A DNA stretch of 49,560 nt. Origin: Candidatus Adlerbacteria bacterium (GTDB lineage: Bacteria; Patescibacteriota; Minisyncoccia; Phycocordibacterales; SBAW01). The notes under the pieces are model-generated. The model saw only the letters and a program-made list of their open reading frames with translations, made no database searches and was not told where the DNA came from. Position 1 is the stretch's first letter. Each line of letters opens with the position of its first letter. The stretch lies in contig JBAXLB010000001.1 in the NCBI GenBank assembly GCA_037135035.1, positions 160,465 through 210,024 of the forward strand, given 5' to 3'. Positions 45,529-49,560 of the stretch are shown here, piece by piece. The position numbers were made by a program, and so were the translations under genes.

Positions 45529-46782
45529 AATTTTTTCTGCAGTTTCTTTACCACTTGCCAGAGCTGCTTCGACAGTACCGTTGTCGTGACCTTGTGTTAA
45601 TGCTTCGCCAGCGAAATATAGTTTATTAGCAACAGGTTTTCGAAGCTCGGCTATTCCCTCTTCACTCCAAGGCGTTGCATAGCTGTACACCCCTTGCGCA
45701 TACGGGTCGGCAGGCCAATTAATAATTTTATAGTTGGTGAGTTGCTCTTTCAATTCACTAAGCGAAATTTTAAAAATATTCGAAAGCGACTGCAGCGCTG
45801 CATCCAAAATTTGCTCATCTGAAAGTTTCGACATTTCCAACGCTTGTGGTCCTGGCAACCATCCTGTCAGGACAGGTCGCTCTTCTGGATATTGAGTCCA
45901 CCACGTTGGAACTTTTTCGCTACTCAACATAAAAAATAAACGTTCGAATATTTGCTCTCGTACACCTGTCCACCATTTTGTTTTAAAACGCAAAAGCATT
46001 TTTATCACCGCACCGTATCCCATCTTTTCAACCGCAGCGAGTTTTTCTGGTATGGCAGGAGTGTAGGAAATCTGCGACACCAAGGGTAGTGGTACAGTGA
46101 GTATCACCTTGTCGGCTTTATATTCGACGCCGTTAGCTGTAGTTACCTTAACGACCGAACTTGTATGGTCAATCGATGTGACACATGTATTGAAATGAAA
46201 TTCAACTTTGTGTGTTTCGGCTTCTTGTTGGAGATAACGTAGTATGGGTCCGTATCCTTCCTTAATGTTCATTTGCATCCAAGTCGAAGAATCAAGCATT
46301 TCTTCGCGGAGGCCAAACGTGCTGGCGCGTGCTATGTCAGCTGCATCGTACCCTTCTGTCCAACGACACACAAAATCCCACAGTGCTGCGTGCGTGTCTT
46401 TAGGAAAATTCTTTTTCAAGAATTCTTCTACAGAAATATCTTCTGTAAGTTCGCGAAGTTTTTGTTCAAGTTGTGGGTCGTGTGGCGCAGCCCCTGCGAC
46501 TTTTGTGGGCTCTCCATCGCGAACATTCCACCATTCTGTTGGATGCGTTAGCGTAAGGCCTAACTCTTGTGCGAGTGCCTTTGTAACTGGTGCTTTCCCA
46601 TGAATAAATTCAGCACCACCCATTGCTTCGTATCCAAAATCACTTTCTGATAATGGATATATACGCCCGCCAATCCTATCGCGCGCTTCTAAAATAATTA
46701 TTTTTTTACCTGCCCGGGCAAGTTCTCTAGCAGCCATCAAACCTGCTGCACCCGCGCCGACGATTACAACATCTGCATTCAT
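45514..46782 (-). CDS. Flavin-containing amine oxidase family protein
   Basis: GAGAAG, LEARDRIGGR, GAEFIHG, WPADPYAQGVYS, FAGEA. Confidence 0.92.
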   Translation of the reverse strand: MNADVVIVGAGAAGLMAARELARAGKKIIILEARDRIGGRIYPLSESDFGYEAMGGAEFIHGKAPVTKALAQELGLTLTHPTEWWNVRDGEPTKVAGAAPHDPQLEQKLRELTEDISVEEFLKKNFPKDTHAALWDFVCRWTEGYDAADIARASTFGLREEMLDSSTWMQMNIKEGYGPILRYLQQEAETHKVEFHFNTCVTSIDHTSSVVKVTTANGVEYKADKVILTVPLPLVSQISYTPAIPEKLAAVEKMGYGAVIKMLLRFKTKWWTGVREQIFERLFFMLSSEKVPTWWTQYPEERPVLTGWLPGPQALEMSKLSDEQILDAALQSLSNIFKISLSELKEQLTNYKIINWPADPYAQGVYSYATPWSEEGIAELRKPVANKLYFAGEALTQGHDNGTVEAALASGKETAEKILLLI

Positions 46783-46785
46783 TTA

Positions 46786-48117
46786 CTATTCTTTTGTTTC
46801 AGTTTCCGACAAGGGCATGTCGATACGGCTCATGTCACGGGGGAACATGGTTGCTTCGCGGATATTTTTGAGGCCAAGGATTTGCATAGTTAGACGTTCG
46901 GCACCAAAGGAAAAACCCCCTTCAGGCGGGACGCCATAACGGAAGGCTTCCAAAAACATTTCAATTTTCTTTGGATCCATCTCCCACTTTTCGACATGGT
47001 CCATAAGCTGGGCAAAGTCGTTTATGCGTCGTCCGCCCGAAAGCCACTCTATCCCGCGGCACAAAAGGTCCATCCCTTCGTTAACCTCCGGTTTTTCGGG
47101 GTTTGGATAAACATAAAAAGGTCGGTCACGCGTTGGGTACCCATAGACGTACACAAAGTCCGAGCCAGTTTCTGTTTTTATAATTTCACAAAGGTTGCGC
47201 TCCTGCTCGGGGTTGAGGTCCTTGCCGAACGGAAGACCGAGTTTGGTAAAGGCTTCGTTCAACGTCAGAGTCGGTGTTTTTTCTATCATCGTAGGCAGAG
47301 TTGCGTCCAAAAATTTGAGCTCTTCGCTGCAACGCAACTCGAGTTGGCCTAATATGTAGCGCACCGTTGCCTCGGACATGTCGCGGACATCTTCCCACGA
47401 CTCAATAAAGCCCATCTCGGCGTCGAGGCAGACTATTTCGGTCAGGTGGCGTGTGGTGACGCTGGGTTCTGCGCGGAATACTTTGTTGACCGAAAAAACA
47501 CGCTCAAACGCGGTCATCATTATTTGCTTGTAGAGTTGTGGAGACTGGGTAAGAAATGCTTTTTTGTCGAAATATTTTACTTCAAAAACTTCGGCACCAC
47601 CTTCGGCTGTGGCTGGGGTGATAACTGGAGATTGGAATTCAAAAAAGTCTTGTGACTTCATGTATTCGCGGAAGGAGTCGATGATAACTGCTTGTACCTT
47701 AAAGATTGCTTGCAAGCGCGGGTGGCGTAGCGTGAGCGCACGGTGGTTAAGCTCTGTGGGTAGGTCGAGGTTGTATCCGTCAACAGACATGTCAAAGGGT
47801 AGCGGTTCGGCCTTTGCCAACACAACAAGCCCGGTTACTTCCAGTTCGATAGTACCGTTCCCTACTTTTGCATTAACATTTTTCTCGGGGCGAGCATTTA
47901 CTTTGCCCTGCACCTCTACAACATATTCGTTGCGAGTTTCTTTTGCAGTTTCAATTGCAGCCGAACTTGGCAGCACAACTCCTTGCACGGTGCCGCTTCG
48001 GTCGCGGAAATCAAAAAACACCATCTTACCCTGGTCGCGCCGAACGCTAACCCAGCCTTTAATGGTTACTTCTTCCCCTGTCTTTCCTTCCAATTCTCCA
48101 ATGAGTGTTCGTGTCAT
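46786..48117 (-). CDS. aspS: Aspartate--tRNA ligase, archaeal/eukaryote-like short type (probably non-discriminating)
   Basis: OB fold, EGGAEVF, QSPQLYKQ, FRAE, LSGGRRI, YGVPPEGG; 443 aa, no GAD insert. Confidence 0.9.
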   Translation of the reverse strand: MTRTLIGELEGKTGEEVTIKGWVSVRRDQGKMVFFDFRDRSGTVQGVVLPSSAAIETAKETRNEYVVEVQGKVNARPEKNVNAKVGNGTIELEVTGLVVLAKAEPLPFDMSVDGYNLDLPTELNHRALTLRHPRLQAIFKVQAVIIDSFREYMKSQDFFEFQSPVITPATAEGGAEVFEVKYFDKKAFLTQSPQLYKQIMMTAFERVFSVNKVFRAEPSVTTRHLTEIVCLDAEMGFIESWEDVRDMSEATVRYILGQLELRCSEELKFLDATLPTMIEKTPTLTLNEAFTKLGLPFGKDLNPEQERNLCEIIKTETGSDFVYVYGYPTRDRPFYVYPNPEKPEVNEGMDLLCRGIEWLSGGRRINDFAQLMDHVEKWEMDPKKIEMFLEAFRYGVPPEGGFSFGAERLTMQILGLKNIREATMFPRDMSRIDMPLSETETKE

Positions 48118-48121
48118 AAAT

Positions 48122-49066
48122 TTAAAGTGTTACTCCAACTTTTTTTCGTACGTCTTCCATTTTCTTTGCTGCATATTCTTTTGCTTTGGCGCTTCCCTCT
48201 TCTATAACTTTTATAACGTCGGCGTCAGTTATACTGTTTCGTTTTTCACGCATAGGAGCGATAAAGTTCTCCAAATCTTCGATAAGCATCTCTTTTAAGA
48301 TTTTGTAACTACCTTTGTTTGTCTCATATATGGGACTAAGCTCGTCTTCGCTGCGCAAAAGTTTGTGTATCGCATATACATTTTCTGGCCGCTCGCCAGA
48401 CGAGTCTGTCACAATGCTCATGACAGCTTTTGTAATTTCTTCTTTTGTGCCAAACAATGGAACAATATTGCCATAACTCTTACTCATTTTCTTTCCGTCG
48501 GTGCCGGGTACAACTGCAATTTCTTTCTGGATTAATTCTTTTGGCTCGGTAAATGTTTGGCCATAGGTGTTGTTGAATTTAGATGCGGCCTCACGTGCAT
48601 ATTCAATATGCTGGCGTTGGTCCTCGCCCACAGGCACTACGTCAGTGTCGTAGAGCAAAATATCGGCAGCCATAAGCATGGGGTAGGTAAACAACCCTGC
48701 ATTTGCCTCAAGCCCTTTCGCAACTTTGTCTTTGTACGCGTGGCCAAGCTCCAAAAATGGCACGGTCACCAAGCAATCAAAAATCCAGGCGGCCTCGGTG
48801 TGTTCGCTTACGCGCGATTGTTGAAAGATAGTGGCTTTGTTTGGGTCGACACCCACAGCCAAGTAGTCGCGTACAACATTAAAGATACTTTCGCGTACAA
48901 GCTTCGGGTCTTTCAGTGACGTCAGCGCATGGTAGTCAGCTATCATCAAAAAACTTTCGTACTCTTCGTACATTCCTAAAAATGGTTTGAGTGCGCCAAA
49001 ATAGTTGCCTATATGCAACGTACCGCTCGACTGCAGCCCCGTCAAAAGTCGTTTTTTGTCTGACAT
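48122..49066 (-). CDS. trpS: Tryptophan--tRNA ligase
   Basis: HIGNY, YPMLMAADIL, VPVGEDQ, KMSKS. Confidence 0.97.
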   Translation of the reverse strand: MSDKKRLLTGLQSSGTLHIGNYFGALKPFLGMYEEYESFLMIADYHALTSLKDPKLVRESIFNVVRDYLAVGVDPNKATIFQQSRVSEHTEAAWIFDCLVTVPFLELGHAYKDKVAKGLEANAGLFTYPMLMAADILLYDTDVVPVGEDQRQHIEYAREAASKFNNTYGQTFTEPKELIQKEIAVVPGTDGKKMSKSYGNIVPLFGTKEEITKAVMSIVTDSSGERPENVYAIHKLLRSEDELSPIYETNKGSYKILKEMLIEDLENFIAPMREKRNSITDADVIKVIEEGSAKAKEYAAKKMEDVRKKVGVTL

Positions 49067-49181
49067 TATGAAGATACTATAGCAAAAAAAGCCCTACAGT
49101 GCGCGAATGGAAACCTATTGACGCAGGTCTATGATTATGTTAAAAATTACATCGGCAAGTCCGCCAAAATTGCGAGGAATA

Positions 49182-49385
49182 ATGACAAATTGTGAGCGTG
49201 TAAAAACCTTCATGACTCCCCTCACCAAGGATGAGTCTTCCTGTGAAGTGGTCGATTCCAAGATCAACAGGTGGATCAAGGACGCCGCCCCCGAAGGCAA
49301 AGCCGGTATCCTGGTGAAACAAATCACCACGACCATCGTCGGCAGTCAGCTCATCACCCAGCTTCTCTATGAGCTCAAGAATTAG
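49182..49385 (+). CDS. Cassette J: small hypothetical protein (67 aa)
   Basis: ctaTTGACG(49118-49123)-17-TAAAAA; GAGGA before ATG 49182. Confidence 0.65.
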   Translation: MTNCERVKTFMTPLTKDESSCEVVDSKINRWIKDAAPEGKAGILVKQITTTIVGSQLITQLLYELKN

Positions 49386-49400
49386 AGTTCGTCAACCCGC

Positions 49401-49438
49401 CCGCCCCAGCAACGATGATTGGGGCGGTTTTCTTTTTT
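49401..49438 (+). terminator. Intrinsic terminator of cassette J
   Basis: ccgcccca/tggggcgg stem, tail TTTTCTTTTTT. Confidence 0.8.
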
Positions 49439-49450
49439 ACAGTCTTTGCA

Positions 49451-49560
49451 CTATATCCCCTCTTCTTTTAATTTTTCTACCAGGGCTTTTGCAGAACGAG
49501 AGAGTTTTTGTGGGAGTGTGATTTTGACGCGGACAAACAGGTCGCCGCGTTTGCCGTGGC
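49451..49560 (-). CDS. dnaJ: DnaJ-type chaperone, C-terminal end (truncated by window edge)
   Basis: Reverse strand reads HGKRGDLFVRVKITLPQKLSRSAKALVEKLKEEGI*. Confidence 0.75.
   Translation of the reverse strand, partial: HGKRGDLFVRVKITLPQKLSRSAKALVEKLKEEGI

Overview
A gene-dense bacterial chromosome segment in standard code 11 (TGA is used as a stop). Its gene content, small divergent proteins and SD-less starts suggest Patescibacteria/CPR, probably Parcubacteria; this taxonomy is inferred. The backbone is housekeeping: holB-like/nth/frr/rseP, proS-mreB-mreC-(mreD-like)-mrdA, greA-lysS, mraZ-rsmH-ftsL-ftsI-murF, tRNA-Glu(CTC), yqeY, rmuC, rplU, corA-cysS, dnaB-recR, S41 protease, rplI, rpmA, an ABC-2 pair, pepA, scpA-scpB-DD-carboxypeptidase-mraY-ftsW-murG-gltX-M23, trpS-aspS and the end of dnaJ. 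Two layers are not explained by the gene list. (1) About ten stand-alone single-orphan-gene cassettes are wedged into intergenic gaps. They share a build of TTGAC -35, 16-18 nt spacer, -10, Shine-Dalgarno, orphan ORF, then a hairpin ending in a conserved TTTCTTTTT tail. Most core genes instead look leaderless and SD-less. (2) A set of ~60-160 bp multi-hairpin palindromic elements, including an exact 58-bp repeat found once between genes and once as an in-frame, TIR/TSD-flanked insertion inside rseP, plus a probable related insertion in rsmH. There is also a ~200-nt strongly base-paired non-coding stretch at 30.6-30.8 kb and an endonuclease III with no cysteines. No integrase, transposase, reverse transcriptase or CRISPR array was recognised. 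All calls were made by eye; no searches were run.
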